Positions 55,049 through 64,000 of a stretch of DNA of 64,000 nt are shown here, one piece after another. Position numbers and translations under genes: made by a program. This DNA comes from an uncultured archaeon (GTDB lineage: Archaea > Micrarchaeota > Micrarchaeia > Anstonellales > Anstonellaceae), in NCBI GenBank assembly GCA_902384555.1, contig CABMCD010000004.1, forward strand, positions 11,909 to 75,908, written 5' to 3'. Each line of letters begins with the position of its first letter. The first letter of the stretch is position 1. The notes beneath the pieces are model-generated. The model had not been told where the DNA came from and did not search any database. It saw only the letters and a program-made list of their open reading frames with translations.

Positions 55049-55199
55049 GATGGGAAAGCAGAGGCGGTTTAAAATGATATTTGAGCCGGATGCGCAGAAG
55101 CGGGCGGGCGGGGGAACGGCAGGCCAGCTCCGCCGTTCGATGAAGAAATATACATGTTTTTCTACATTTGAAAACATTTATAATTATCACCGGTGGAAT

Positions 55200-56051
55200 A
55201 TGAGCATGGAATGGAAACCGCCCAATAAACTGAAAAAGGCCGCCCAGAGCGTCACCAGAAAATTCTCGGACGCTCGTGCGGCCGCCCGGCTCTTCGGAGG
55301 CGTCCTCCAGAAATTCGACCGGGGCTTCGATGAATTGGCGTTGGAGACCGGAAAATCCAAATTCCGGCTTAAAATGGCCTATTGGACCCAGACGGTTCCG
55401 GATTTGTGTCGCGATGCTTGGGGTGAGCTGATTTCAGCCCGCGTGCCGGCCGTCCAGAGCCAAAAGACGGTCATCGTTTTCCCGGGCTATATGGCCAAAG
55501 CCACCCAGATGCCCAAACTGCTGAATGCACTGGCTGAATGCGGGTATGAGGTGCGGCAGGTCAAGGGCTGGCTCTTCTTCTCCACGGTGCGAAGAATACT
55601 TGCGGGCGGGGTCACGCACATTCGGCAGGCCAAGGAGAAAAATCAGCAAATCGTCCTGCTGGGCAACAGCTTTGGCGGAGCCTTCGCGCACCAGCTGGGC
55701 CGAAAACATGACCTGCCGTCCATCAGCATGAGCACCCCCCTCGATGCCAAGAGCGGAGTTTTCGGCGTCGCGGTGCGGTTGTTTGGAATGAAAGGGTTCC
55801 AAGACGTGGAGATTCCGCCGAAAGGCATCTCGCTTGTTGAGCAGCATTCGGAAACCATCCCATTCTCTAAAAACGACCCGCCCCAGATAAGGCGCATTGA
55901 GGGGGTCTATAGCCATTTGGCCATCAACAACCCAAAGGTCGTCCAAACCATCGTGAAGGCAACGAAATCCGCATTCCAAATACATTATGAAATGACACCC
56001 GCCGTGAGGCCCGTCGGCGAGCCGGAGCGGAAGACGGAAACGGCGGCGTGA
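55200..56051 (+). CDS. alpha/beta-hydrolase-fold protein (esterase/lipase-like orphan)
   Basis: VIVFPGY oxyanion strand, LLGNSFGG nucleophile elbow, STP, YSHL; AT-rich promoter upstream. Confidence 0.78.
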   Translation: MSMEWKPPNKLKKAAQSVTRKFSDARAAARLFGGVLQKFDRGFDELALETGKSKFRLKMAYWTQTVPDLCRDAWGELISARVPAVQSQKTVIVFPGYMAKATQMPKLLNALAECGYEVRQVKGWLFFSTVRRILAGGVTHIRQAKEKNQQIVLLGNSFGGAFAHQLGRKHDLPSISMSTPLDAKSGVFGVAVRLFGMKGFQDVEIPPKGISLVEQHSETIPFSKNDPPQIRRIEGVYSHLAINNPKVVQTIVKATKSAFQIHYEMTPAVRPVGEPERKTETAA

Positions 56052-56056
56052 GTGGC

Positions 56057-57124
56057 CTATTTCGGCTCCTGCTGGCTCGCGCAGTGGATGCCACCGTAGC
56101 CGAACACCAGGCCTTGCGCCTGAATCGGAATGACTTCGCGCCCTGAAAAGCACGAGCCCAGAATTTCGGCCGCCTCCTTGTCCTTTTCATCTCCAAACGC
56201 CGGCATCAGCACCACTTTGTTGGCAGCGTAGAAATTGGCGTACGAGGCCGGCAGGCGGCGGTTTTCCTCCTCGTCCACCAGAGGTTTGGGCATGGGCAGG
56301 CGCACCACTTCGGAAAGGCCGGAATGCGCGCGCAGAATCGCCTCGTTTTCCTCCAATACGCGCGTGTTGGCGTCCCCCTTGTTTGAGCTGGAATTGCACA
56401 GCGCCCGGCCGGGGCCGAAGAAGCGGGCGAAATCATCCACATGCCCGTCCGTGTCGTCGCCCTCGATGCCGGAGGAGAGCCAGAGGATGTCGGACACGCC
56501 CAAATAGTCGCGTAAAATTTTGGAAATCTGGCTTTGGTTGAGGGTGGGGTTGCGGTTGGGATTGAGCAGGCATTGTTTGGTGGTCAGCAATTGGCCGGCG
56601 CCGTCCGCATCAATCGAGCCGCCCTCCATCACAATATTGGGATGGAAGACGCGCACGCCCGCTTTCTCGGCCGAGCGGGCGATGGTCTCGCCCGTCTCGT
56701 TGTCCATGAGCAAATCGTCGTATTTGCCGCCCCAGGCATTGAATTCCCATTTGACGCAGGCGCGGCTGCGCGTGCGCTTGTTGAGCAGGAAGGTGGGGCC
56801 GTAGTCGCGAATCCACACGCAGCCGGTTGGGATGAGATGCAAATGAAGATTGGAATCATGCACGCCCGCTTTTTCCAGCCGCTTGCGCACCTGCTCGGCC
56901 ACGGTCTGGTCGTCCACCAGCAGGTTGACCTGCTCCTGCCCGCTCAGGGAGACGGCCATTTGCACAAAAGTTTCCTCTACTTGAGGCAGGATGCGCGGGG
57001 GGAAGGTGAGAGGATTCTTGGGCCAGGTCAGCCAGGTGCCCGAATGAGGAGCCCACTCGGAGGGCATGTAGAAGCCCGCCGAAACAGGGGTGGTGGGAAG
57101 GCTGGTGCGGCCGTCGAGGTCCAT
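56057..57124 (-). CDS. aguA: agmatine deiminase
   Basis: MPSEW, WIRDYGP, FNAWGGKY, EGGS, DDTDGHVD, ASYANF, GGIHC.SQQ. Confidence 0.95.
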   Translation of the reverse strand: MDLDGRTSLPTTPVSAGFYMPSEWAPHSGTWLTWPKNPLTFPPRILPQVEETFVQMAVSLSGQEQVNLLVDDQTVAEQVRKRLEKAGVHDSNLHLHLIPTGCVWIRDYGPTFLLNKRTRSRACVKWEFNAWGGKYDDLLMDNETGETIARSAEKAGVRVFHPNIVMEGGSIDADGAGQLLTTKQCLLNPNRNPTLNQSQISKILRDYLGVSDILWLSSGIEGDDTDGHVDDFARFFGPGRALCNSSSNKGDANTRVLEENEAILRAHSGLSEVVRLPMPKPLVDEEENRRLPASYANFYAANKVVLMPAFGDEKDKEAAEILGSCFSGREVIPIQAQGLVFGYGGIHCASQQEPK

Positions 57125-57126
57125 GC

Positions 57127-58002
57127 TTATTCCTCCGTCAGCTTGCCGTACATTTCAGGCCGCCGGTTGTAGAAAAAGCGCCAGCCCTCGCGCACCATGT
57201 GGGAATGCGAGAGGTCCACCGGCACGATGAGGACTTCCTCGTTCTTGCCGGCTCTGGCCAGCGTCTTGCCGAACGCATCACACACAAACGAGCCGCCCCA
57301 AAAGGTCATGGCATCTTCGCGCCCGCACCGATTCACGGCTGCCACAATGACGTTGTTGGAAATGGCGTGCCCGCGCATGACGTTTTCCCATGCTTCTTGC
57401 CAGTTGCCTTCCGCCTGCTCCACGCCGTCCACCAGGCCGATGGCGGTGGGGTAGAAGATAATTTGCGCGCCCATCAGCGCGCAAATGCGGGCAGCCTCCG
57501 GGTACCACTGGTCATAGCAGATGAGGGGGGAAAAGGAAGCCATTGGAGACTTAAACACCTTGAAACCCGTGTCTCCCTTTTCGAAATAGTGCTGCTCGTA
57601 AAAGTTCGGGTCGTGCGGAATATGGGTTTTGCGGTAAGAGCCCAGCAGATGGCCGTCGGGGCCGAAGGTATGGGAGGTGTTGTAGAGCTTGTCGGTTTTG
57701 GCGTCCTTCTCATAGATGGAGCCGCCCACCAGAGTGATTTTGTTTTTCTTGGCGCAAGTGGAAAGAGCCGAGGCGACGGCCCCGTCGGCCGCCTGCGCGT
57801 AAGATTTGGCCTTTTTGCCCTCTTCGCTCTTGCCCTCATACTGGCAGAAGTAGGGCGCGTCAAACAATTCAGGCAAACACACCATCGAGGCGCCCTTCTG
57901 GGCCGCCTGCTCCACTAAGGAGAGGGCGTGCGCCAGATTTTTGGACGGCTCGGCCTGCATCTTCATCTGCACCAGGCCGACCGAAAATGGTTTGGAAGAC
58001 AT
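57127..58002 (-). CDS. aguB: N-carbamoylputrescine amidase (carbon-nitrogen hydrolase)
   Basis: LPELF, YRKTHIP, FYE, ICYDQWYPE, YPTAIG, FWGGSF; operonic with aguA. Confidence 0.9.
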   Translation of the reverse strand: MSSKPFSVGLVQMKMQAEPSKNLAHALSLVEQAAQKGASMVCLPELFDAPYFCQYEGKSEEGKKAKSYAQAADGAVASALSTCAKKNKITLVGGSIYEKDAKTDKLYNTSHTFGPDGHLLGSYRKTHIPHDPNFYEQHYFEKGDTGFKVFKSPMASFSPLICYDQWYPEAARICALMGAQIIFYPTAIGLVDGVEQAEGNWQEAWENVMRGHAISNNVIVAAVNRCGREDAMTFWGGSFVCDAFGKTLARAGKNEEVLIVPVDLSHSHMVREGWRFFYNRRPEMYGKLTEE

Positions 58003-58057
58003 ATGGTCATTTTTGCGAAGCGGATGGATAAAAAGGCTTGGGGGAGAAAGGGGGAAT

Positions 58058-59089
58058 ATGGCGGAGAAGAAATCGGCAGGGGGGGCCGTCAAGGCTTGGC
58101 TCAAGCTGGTCAGGATTGAGCATGCGCTCATGAGCTGCGTGGGTGTGGGCATTGCCATGCTGCTGGCCATCAAGCAGCCATATATCATCCCCAATCTGAG
58201 CATGCATGCTTCGGCAGAGTTCGGGTTTTGGCCTGCGCCTCCGCTTCTGGCATGGCTGCTTGCCCTCGCCGTGCCCTTCTTTATCAACATTTCCTCCTTT
58301 GCCCTCAACGATTACTTCGACATCGAGGCCGACCGAAAGAACGGGCAACTCAAGCGGCCGCTCGTGTCCGGCGCGCTCAAGCCATCGGTTGCGCTATGGA
58401 CCGCCATTCTCGGATATGCCATCGGCATGCTCGCAGGCTGGCTGCTCAATCCCGTGTGCGGGACCATTGCCACCATCTTCACCCTGCTCTCCATTGCCTA
58501 CAATTACAAATTGAAAGACTGGCCGCTGGTCGGCAATGCCTATATCGCCCTCTCCATGGCGATTGCGTTCTTGTTCGGGGCTGGAGCGGTAATGTCCAAA
58601 AACGACGGCTTGACGGGCTTGTTGGCGATGATGACATCGTTTGGATGGACGACGCCGCTGGTGCTGCTCTTTTCCCCCCTATTCCTTATCTTCAGTGACG
58701 GCATGCCCGCCACCATCCTCTGGCTCACGGCCGGAGCCTTCTTTGCCGGACTTGCGCGCGAAATCATCAAGAGCGTGCAGGACATGGAGGGCGACAAAAA
58801 GGCCAGAAATTCCAAGCACCTGCCCATCCTCATCGGCGCGCAGAACGCGCTGGCCGTCGCTTCCGTGTGCGTGGTGGGCTACAGCGTCTGCGTGGCGCAG
58901 CTGGCCGGCCTGATGAAAGACCAGCCCCTGACGCAGTTCCTGCTCATCCTCTCCGGCGCGGCCTATGCGGCCATTGCCCTCGTGCTCTGGAAGTGGGCGG
59001 AAAAGGATTACATGCTCGAACTGGCGCGTAAGGCCAGTTTGTACGCGCTCATGCTCGCATTGGTGGCCATGCTGGTGGGGGCCATCTGA
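58058..59089 (+). CDS. UbiA-family prenyltransferase, probable digeranylgeranylglyceryl phosphate synthase
   Basis: NDYFDIEADR..RPL.SG, Y..KLK..PLVGN, REIIKSVQDMEGD. Confidence 0.85.
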   Translation: MAEKKSAGGAVKAWLKLVRIEHALMSCVGVGIAMLLAIKQPYIIPNLSMHASAEFGFWPAPPLLAWLLALAVPFFINISSFALNDYFDIEADRKNGQLKRPLVSGALKPSVALWTAILGYAIGMLAGWLLNPVCGTIATIFTLLSIAYNYKLKDWPLVGNAYIALSMAIAFLFGAGAVMSKNDGLTGLLAMMTSFGWTTPLVLLFSPLFLIFSDGMPATILWLTAGAFFAGLAREIIKSVQDMEGDKKARNSKHLPILIGAQNALAVASVCVVGYSVCVAQLAGLMKDQPLTQFLLILSGAAYAAIALVLWKWAEKDYMLELARKASLYALMLALVAMLVGAI

Positions 59090-59101
59090 AAAGGTGAAAA
59101 C

Positions 59102-59980
59102 ATGCAAGTGATAACCAAGACCGAGCTGCCCCTCAAGAAATTCTCTTCCGGCAAGGTGAGAGACACCTATGAGCTGGGCGAGGATTTGCTCATGGTGGCC
59201 TCCGACCGCCTCTCCGCATTTGATGTCGTCTTCTCGCAGGGCATTCCCTACAAAGGAGCCGTGCTCACCGAATTGTCGCTCTTCTGGTTTGATTTGCTCA
59301 AAGGAGTGACCAAGAACCACCTCTTGCCCCTCGACCTTCCCTCCAATCTCGCCCGTCTTCCCATTTCGCTGGAGCGGCGCGCCATGCGCGTGGTGAAGGC
59401 CAAACCCCTCGCCATGGAATGCATCGTGCGCGGCTATGTGGCCGGCTCGGGATGGAAGGATTACCAAAAGAGCGGCATGATTTGCGGGCACCAACTGCCG
59501 GCTGGTTTGAAGCAGGCCCAGCAATTGCCCCAGCCCATTTTCACCCCCTCCACCAAGGCCACGTCCGGCCACGATGAAAACATCAACCGCCAAGCGGGCG
59601 AGAAGCTGGTGGGCAAGGATGTGTATGATGAAGTGGAAGAAAAGGCCATTTCCATCTACGAACACGCATCCAAGCATGCTAAGAGCAAGGGCATCATTCT
59701 GGCTGACACCAAATTCGAATTTGGGCTCTATCAGGACGAAGTGATTCTCATTGACGAGGTGCTGACGCCGGATTCCAGCCGCTACTGGCCGGTGGCGCAA
59801 TACCAGGAGGGCATCAGCCCGCCCTCATTTGACAAGCAATTTGTCCGGGATTATTTGGAAACCACCGGCTGGGACAAGAAGCCGCCCGCCCCCGCGCTGC
59901 CACAGGAAATCATTTCCAAAACGTCCGAGAAATACATCGAGGCGTATGAAAGAATAAGCGGGAAGAAATTTGTGAGATAA
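59102..59980 (+). CDS. purC: SAICAR synthase
   Basis: GKVRD, SDRLSAFD, ECIVRGY..GS, ADTKFEFG, DEVLTPDSSR, DKQFVR. Confidence 0.96.
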   Translation: MQVITKTELPLKKFSSGKVRDTYELGEDLLMVASDRLSAFDVVFSQGIPYKGAVLTELSLFWFDLLKGVTKNHLLPLDLPSNLARLPISLERRAMRVVKAKPLAMECIVRGYVAGSGWKDYQKSGMICGHQLPAGLKQAQQLPQPIFTPSTKATSGHDENINRQAGEKLVGKDVYDEVEEKAISIYEHASKHAKSKGIILADTKFEFGLYQDEVILIDEVLTPDSSRYWPVAQYQEGISPPSFDKQFVRDYLETTGWDKKPPAPALPQEIISKTSEKYIEAYERISGKKFVR

Positions 59981-59995
59981 AAAGGATTTGAAAAA

Positions 59996-60478
59996 TCAAA
60001 TCTTGATGGCCCGCACGTCCTCGGCCATTTTCTTTCTCGACGCCTGCAATTTGGCCATCAAATCAGAGTCTGAGAGCGCGAGCAGGCGCACTGCCAGCAG
60101 GCCGGCATTTTTCGCCGAGTTGATGCCCACCGTAGCCACCGGCACGCCGGGCGGCATCTGCACGGTGGACAGAAGAGAATCAAGACCCTTGAGCGACTTG
60201 GATTCGACCGGAACGCCAATCACCGGCAGGGGCGTCAGCGAGGCGCACACGCCGGCCAAATGCGCGGCGCCGCCCGCGCCGGCAATGATGATTTTCATGC
60301 CCCGCTCGTGCGCGCCCGACACATACTCGTGAACCAAATCGGGGGAGCGGTGCGCCGAGGCCACCTTCATCTCGCAGGAGATGCCGAATTCGCCCAGCGC
60401 CTTGGAGGCTTCGCTCATGACTTCCAAATCGGATTTGGAGCCCATCAGGATGCCGACCAGAGGTTTGGAGGGGGACAT
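59996..60478 (-). CDS. purE: N5-CAIR mutase / AIR carboxylase
   Basis: MGSKSD, SAHR, AGAGGAAHL, QMPPGVPVATV. Confidence 0.96.
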   Translation of the reverse strand: MSPSKPLVGILMGSKSDLEVMSEASKALGEFGISCEMKVASAHRSPDLVHEYVSGAHERGMKIIIAGAGGAAHLAGVCASLTPLPVIGVPVESKSLKGLDSLLSTVQMPPGVPVATVGINSAKNAGLLAVRLLALSDSDLMAKLQASRKKMAEDVRAIKI

Positions 60479-60540
60479 AGGTTCACCAAACAGGCAGACG
60501 GAGCCAGAGGCTATAAACCTAATGCGGAAAAGCGAAGGAC

Positions 60541-61368
60541 ATGGGGAAAAAGTTTGGCCTGCTCTTCTTTCTCTTGCTGCTGATTCTGCCCCTTCTTTCG
60601 GCCAAAATCTGGGTGAACGAGCCCAAGCTGGGGCAAACGCTCGAGGTGCTGGTTGAGAACCAGAGCTTGGACAACCTCACGCTGCGCCACCCGGACGGCA
60701 CGCTCGAAGTGTTGAGTCTGCAGGACGGGCAGCTGAGCTATCCCATCAACCAGAGCGGCCGCTGGGAGCTGGAGGCGGACGGGCAGAAATGGAGCTGGAC
60801 GGTGGCGGCAGAAGGAGGGAGCGGGCCTCTGAGGCCGGGGGACGCTCGGCCCGATGCGCTGGGGCCGATGGCCCTGCTGGCGCTGGTTTTGGTCCTGCTC
60901 GCGCTGGCCGGGCTGGCCGTCTATTTCCTGGTCTTCAAGGCCCCGGCCGCGCAGCCCCCCGCGCTTGAAAAAACCAGAAAAAACGGGAACGTGCGCATCC
61001 GCCTGCGCGCCGGCACCCGGCCCCTCGCGCAGGTGAGCCTGGAGGATTCGGACGGCGCGGGCCGCAAACTGCGCCGCGAGCGGCTGCGCGCGGGCGAGGC
61101 GCTGGAAATGCAGCACGAGTGGGAGGGCGACATGGGGGAAGCGCGGGCAACCTTCGAGCTGGACGGGCGGAAGAGGGAGCTGCGCGTGCGCGAGGGCGTG
61201 CAGGCGCTGGAAACGGTGGAAATGCTGGTGCTGGAAGAAGAGCAGGAGCCCGACAAAAGGCCGCTGGGCCGGGCCGGCCTGCCGGAGAGGAAGGCGGGAG
61301 GGCCGAAATCAAACGCGGATTTTGACCGGGCGGGACAGAAGCGCAAGCTGGCGCGAGAGCGCAGATGA
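60541..61368 (+). CDS. hypothetical single-pass membrane protein with signal peptide
   Basis: N-terminal signal, beta-rich domain, central TM helix, basic C-terminus; TATAAA ~23 nt upstream. Confidence 0.75.
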   Translation: MGKKFGLLFFLLLLILPLLSAKIWVNEPKLGQTLEVLVENQSLDNLTLRHPDGTLEVLSLQDGQLSYPINQSGRWELEADGQKWSWTVAAEGGSGPLRPGDARPDALGPMALLALVLVLLALAGLAVYFLVFKAPAAQPPALEKTRKNGNVRIRLRAGTRPLAQVSLEDSDGAGRKLRRERLRAGEALEMQHEWEGDMGEARATFELDGRKRELRVREGVQALETVEMLVLEEEQEPDKRPLGRAGLPERKAGGPKSNADFDRAGQKRKLARERR

Positions 61369-61380
61369 AGAGCCGATTGC

Positions 61381-61893
61381 TTATCGCTGGGTGCGCTCCA
61401 AAAATCCGGCATCCGGTATTTCGCCCGGCGTCTCCTCCGGGCCGGAAGCGGTTTCCTCCTGCGAGGCGATGCCCAGGCCGCGGGTGAGTATCCAGTACAG
61501 CAGCAGCGCGTCAGCGCCGACGAAAATGGCGGGCATGAGGTCCGCGAGGGTGAACTGGAAGGTCAGGAAGGAGAACTCGTAGACCGGCAGGCTGGAGAAA
61601 AGCAGGAATTCCAGCAGCAGGAGGCAGATGAACATCACCGACTGCGCCAGGCTGATGCTCCGGGTGAAGGCATAGGTGAAGATGCCCAGCACCACCAGCA
61701 TCACCGAGAGCAGCAGGGCGGGGTCGAAAAGCGGGCGCAGCTGGATGAACAGCACCAGCAGCAGGGCGAGGAGCAGCACCTCGGCCGAGGCGAGGATGAC
61801 GAACGCGTAGCGGCTCTGCCTGGCGGAGAAGGAGGGGGCGGATTTGTGCTTGGAATCCAGGGTGGTGAAGCGCATGAAAGAAACCCGGTTCAT
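61381..61893 (-). CDS. hypothetical membrane protein (4 TM)
   Basis: Four hydrophobic helices; overlaps the rsmA stop. Confidence 0.72.
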   Translation of the reverse strand: MNRVSFMRFTTLDSKHKSAPSFSARQSRYAFVILASAEVLLLALLLVLFIQLRPLFDPALLLSVMLVVLGIFTYAFTRSISLAQSVMFICLLLLEFLLFSSLPVYEFSFLTFQFTLADLMPAIFVGADALLLYWILTRGLGIASQEETASGPEETPGEIPDAGFLERTQR

Positions 61894-62879
61894 CGGCCTT
61901 TTCGAGGCGGCTTGGGCGCCGGCAGGGCGCGGGCCAGTTCGGCGAATTCGTCCGGCGCCAGTTGGAAGACGCGGCGAGCAGGTATTTTAAGGTTCTGGGC
62001 CTGCGCGCGCGCCTCTGCCTTGCTCCAGCCCCAGTGCGAGCGCGCATGCACCAGCGCGCCGGCCGCCGACTGCAGGCGGTGGGAGAAGAGGGCGGCCGTG
62101 AGCGCGTCCAGATGGGGCGGAAGGGCTTCGACACCGGATTTTGGAGTCAGGCAGAGGATGGCGGAATCGACTTTGGGGGGCGGCGTGAAGGAGGTGCGCG
62201 GCACCTGCTCGAGGATTTGCATCTCAAAGCGCAGCTGGGCATAAACCGAGAGCCGGCCGTATTCGGACGAGCCGGCCGGGGCCGCCAGGCGCTCGGCCAC
62301 CTCCTTTTGCACGCACAGCACGGCCTTGGCGAATTTCATGCGCCCCAGCTTGAGCAGGATGGGCGAGGTGATTTGGTAGGGGATGTTGCCGGCGATTCGG
62401 GAAAAGGAAGAGGGGGTGGAGGGGCCGGCGGGCGCGAGAGTGTCGGGCAGGGAGAGAAAGTCGGCCTCGACAACCTGCACGCGCGGCTCGCCCCTGAATT
62501 TTTGGCGCAGATATTCGGCCCAGCGGCCGTCCATCTCCACCAACAGCAGGGAGGCGGGGCCTCGCTGCAAAATCCGCTCCGAGAGCCGCCCGTCGCCGGC
62601 CCCGATTTCGAGCACGGCTTCGCCCTTCACGTCCAGCGCCTCGGCCTCGCCCTCCAGCACGCGCGCGTCGGTGAGGAAGTTCTGCGAGCGCGATTTCTTG
62701 AGCTCGAAATGGGGGGAGGAGAGGGAAGAGGGAGGCGCGGGGAGGACGGAAGAAGGGCGGCTGGCGGCCGAGGGATGGGGGCGGACCGGGCCGCGGGCGG
62801 AAGGAGGGCGCGAGGCGGACGAGGAATGCGGGCGGGCGGAGAGCGGACGGGTTTTGCGGCGCGGGTTTGGCGGAGCCAT
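61890..62879 (-). CDS. rsmA: 16S rRNA adenine dimethyltransferase (KsgA/Dim1)
   Basis: SQNFL, VLEIGAG.G, GNIPYQITS, QKEVAER, YGRLS, F.PPPKVDS. Confidence 0.95.
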   Translation of the reverse strand: MAPPNPRRKTRPLSARPHSSSASRPPSARGPVRPHPSAASRPSSVLPAPPSSLSSPHFELKKSRSQNFLTDARVLEGEAEALDVKGEAVLEIGAGDGRLSERILQRGPASLLLVEMDGRWAEYLRQKFRGEPRVQVVEADFLSLPDTLAPAGPSTPSSFSRIAGNIPYQITSPILLKLGRMKFAKAVLCVQKEVAERLAAPAGSSEYGRLSVYAQLRFEMQILEQVPRTSFTPPPKVDSAILCLTPKSGVEALPPHLDALTAALFSHRLQSAAGALVHARSHWGWSKAEARAQAQNLKIPARRVFQLAPDEFAELARALPAPKPPRKGR

Positions 62880-62979
62880 CGGCGCGATTTGCGGCTTTTG
62901 GATTTATATGGCTGCCCGCCGGCGAGAGCAGGAATATAAACACGGAATGTTAGAAAAAGAAACAATTGATGTGGTGGGA

Positions 62980-63516
62980 ATGGGCACAAACCGGTTCATG
63001 GGAAGCTTGGTCCAGCTGCTGCCATCAATCAGCGGATGCGGGCTGGAGCGATGCGCCAAGAAGGCATATGCGGCCAGCGTCTTCCGCTTCATGCCCGGCC
63101 CGCTGAGCGAATCCTATTTGAAGTATTTGAAGGCTCCCACTGAGGAGAACGCGGACAAGCTGCGGGTGCAGATTGTGGAGCGCGCGAGCGGGCTCTTTGA
63201 GAACCGCGCCCCGTTGTGGCGCTGGCGCGCGTCCGAAATCTTCAACCGGGGCATACGCACCTTGTTGGAGCAGAACCCGGCCGTGGCCGAGATGCTGGTG
63301 CTCGACGGCATGACCATGCGCTACCGGCTGCTGGATGAAAAAATCGGGAAATGGAGCAAAAACGGCGGAGCCTGCAAGGCCGAACAGGCGTACAAAAAGG
63401 CGATGTTGGACTTCTCGCCCTCATCCATCGAGTACAAGTACCGCATCAAGTGCCAGAACCCGGAGTTTGGACGGCTCCAGATGAACGTGCAGGGCCTTGA
63501 GCAGCACTTGAACTGA
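62980..63516 (+). CDS. hypothetical protein (orphan)
   Basis: ORF in the gap between DUF655 and rsmA with own TATA (ATATAAAC at 62934) and GGTGGGA SD-like site; alternative start 62947. Confidence 0.65.
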   Translation: MGTNRFMGSLVQLLPSISGCGLERCAKKAYAASVFRFMPGPLSESYLKYLKAPTEENADKLRVQIVERASGLFENRAPLWRWRASEIFNRGIRTLLEQNPAVAEMLVLDGMTMRYRLLDEKIGKWSKNGGACKAEQAYKKAMLDFSPSSIEYKYRIKCQNPEFGRLQMNVQGLEQHLN

Positions 63517-63520
63517 TTTT

Positions 63521-64000
63521 TCACTCGTTTCTCGCCGGCGGGCGCACGAAGAGGTAGTGCTGCACCTTAGCCTGCATTTCCTCCTGGATGCGGTTGGCCA
63601 GAAGCTGCGTCGGGTCGGGCATCAGCGGCAGGCGGGCGTGCAGGTCGGCGAAGCTCTCGAAGGGCTTCTGCTCGCGCGCCTCGAGGATTTGGGTGAGGTG
63701 GCGCTTGCCGATGCCGTTGATAAGCTCCAGCTGGTGCAGGCGCACCGAGAGCGGGCCGGCCTTGTTGAAGAACGAGACGAATTCGGCCTCGCGGTAGAGG
63801 AGAATCTTGCCCAGCACCGTGGGCAGCTCGGTGCGGGCCGTGCCGGTCAGGTCATCGAAATGCAGGCGCTTGCGGATGCGGTCCACTTCCGCGCGCTCGG
63901 CCGGGCCGATGTAGATGCGCTGGCCGAACGCCAGGCTGGTGCCGGGCTTGACGCTGACCTCGAAGAGGGTGAAAAAGCGCTCGCCCACCAGTTGCGCGAT
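63521..64000 (-). CDS. DUF655 family RNA-binding protein (5' end outside window)
   Basis: QLVGE.FFTL.E, LTGTARTEL, FFN.AGP...RLHQLEL..GIGK; normally neighbours rsmA in archaea. Confidence 0.9.
   Translation of the reverse strand: MAQLVGERFFTLFEVSVKPGTSLAFGQRIYIGPAERAEVDRIRKRLHFDDLTGTARTELPTVLGKILLYREAEFVSFFNKAGPLSVRLHQLELINGIGKRHLTQILEAREQKPFESFADLHARLPLMPDPTQLLANRIQEEMQAKVQHYLFVRPPARNE

Noticed and set aside
54618-55199. N-terminal 194 aa of the 477-aa ORF
   Set aside because: It overlaps the TRAM gene and its promoter on the other strand; the hydrolase more plausibly starts at 55200 after its own AT-rich promoter.
1-64000. CRISPR array, transposase, integrase or att-flanked island at the three tRNAs
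   Set aside because: No regularly spaced repeats, no recombinase motifs and no duplicated tRNA 3' ends were seen by eye.

Overview
GC-rich archaeal chromosome segment. PolD DP1/DP2, PriS/PriL, a DGGGP synthase, split GMP synthase, archaeal TATA boxes, an intron-containing tRNA and a box C/D sRNA are present. The double Lrp/AsnC regulator and gene content suggest a DPANN lineage such as Micrarchaeota (inference). Most of the window is housekeeping: AMP phosphorylase plus R15P isomerase, a MacB-type ABC/S-layer-domain operon, OFOR alpha/beta, glmS, guaA subunits, pyrEF, purCE, aguAB and rsmA, with several solitary orphan genes between them. The outstanding feature is a ~14 kb tandem array (30153-43922) of nine paralogous, Cys-rich, apparently cytoplasmic repeat proteins. 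Seven carry two ~260-aa modules and one gene pair is split into an N-module gene and a C-module gene. Eight of the genes are chained by overlapping stop/start codons directly behind guaAA. The array contains a double-domain Lrp regulator and is flanked by a HerA/VirD4-like ATPase. I cannot assign a function; it is the best candidate for an undescribed system. Other notable signals are an unannotated box C/D sRNA, a structured repeat-bearing 5' leader on a TRAM RNA-chaperone gene, an apparent catalytic Asp-to-Ala change in AMP phosphorylase, a coiled-coil protein ending in a RelE-like domain, and pervasive leaderless or bidirectional TATA promoters. No database searches were run; family calls rest on motifs I recognise.
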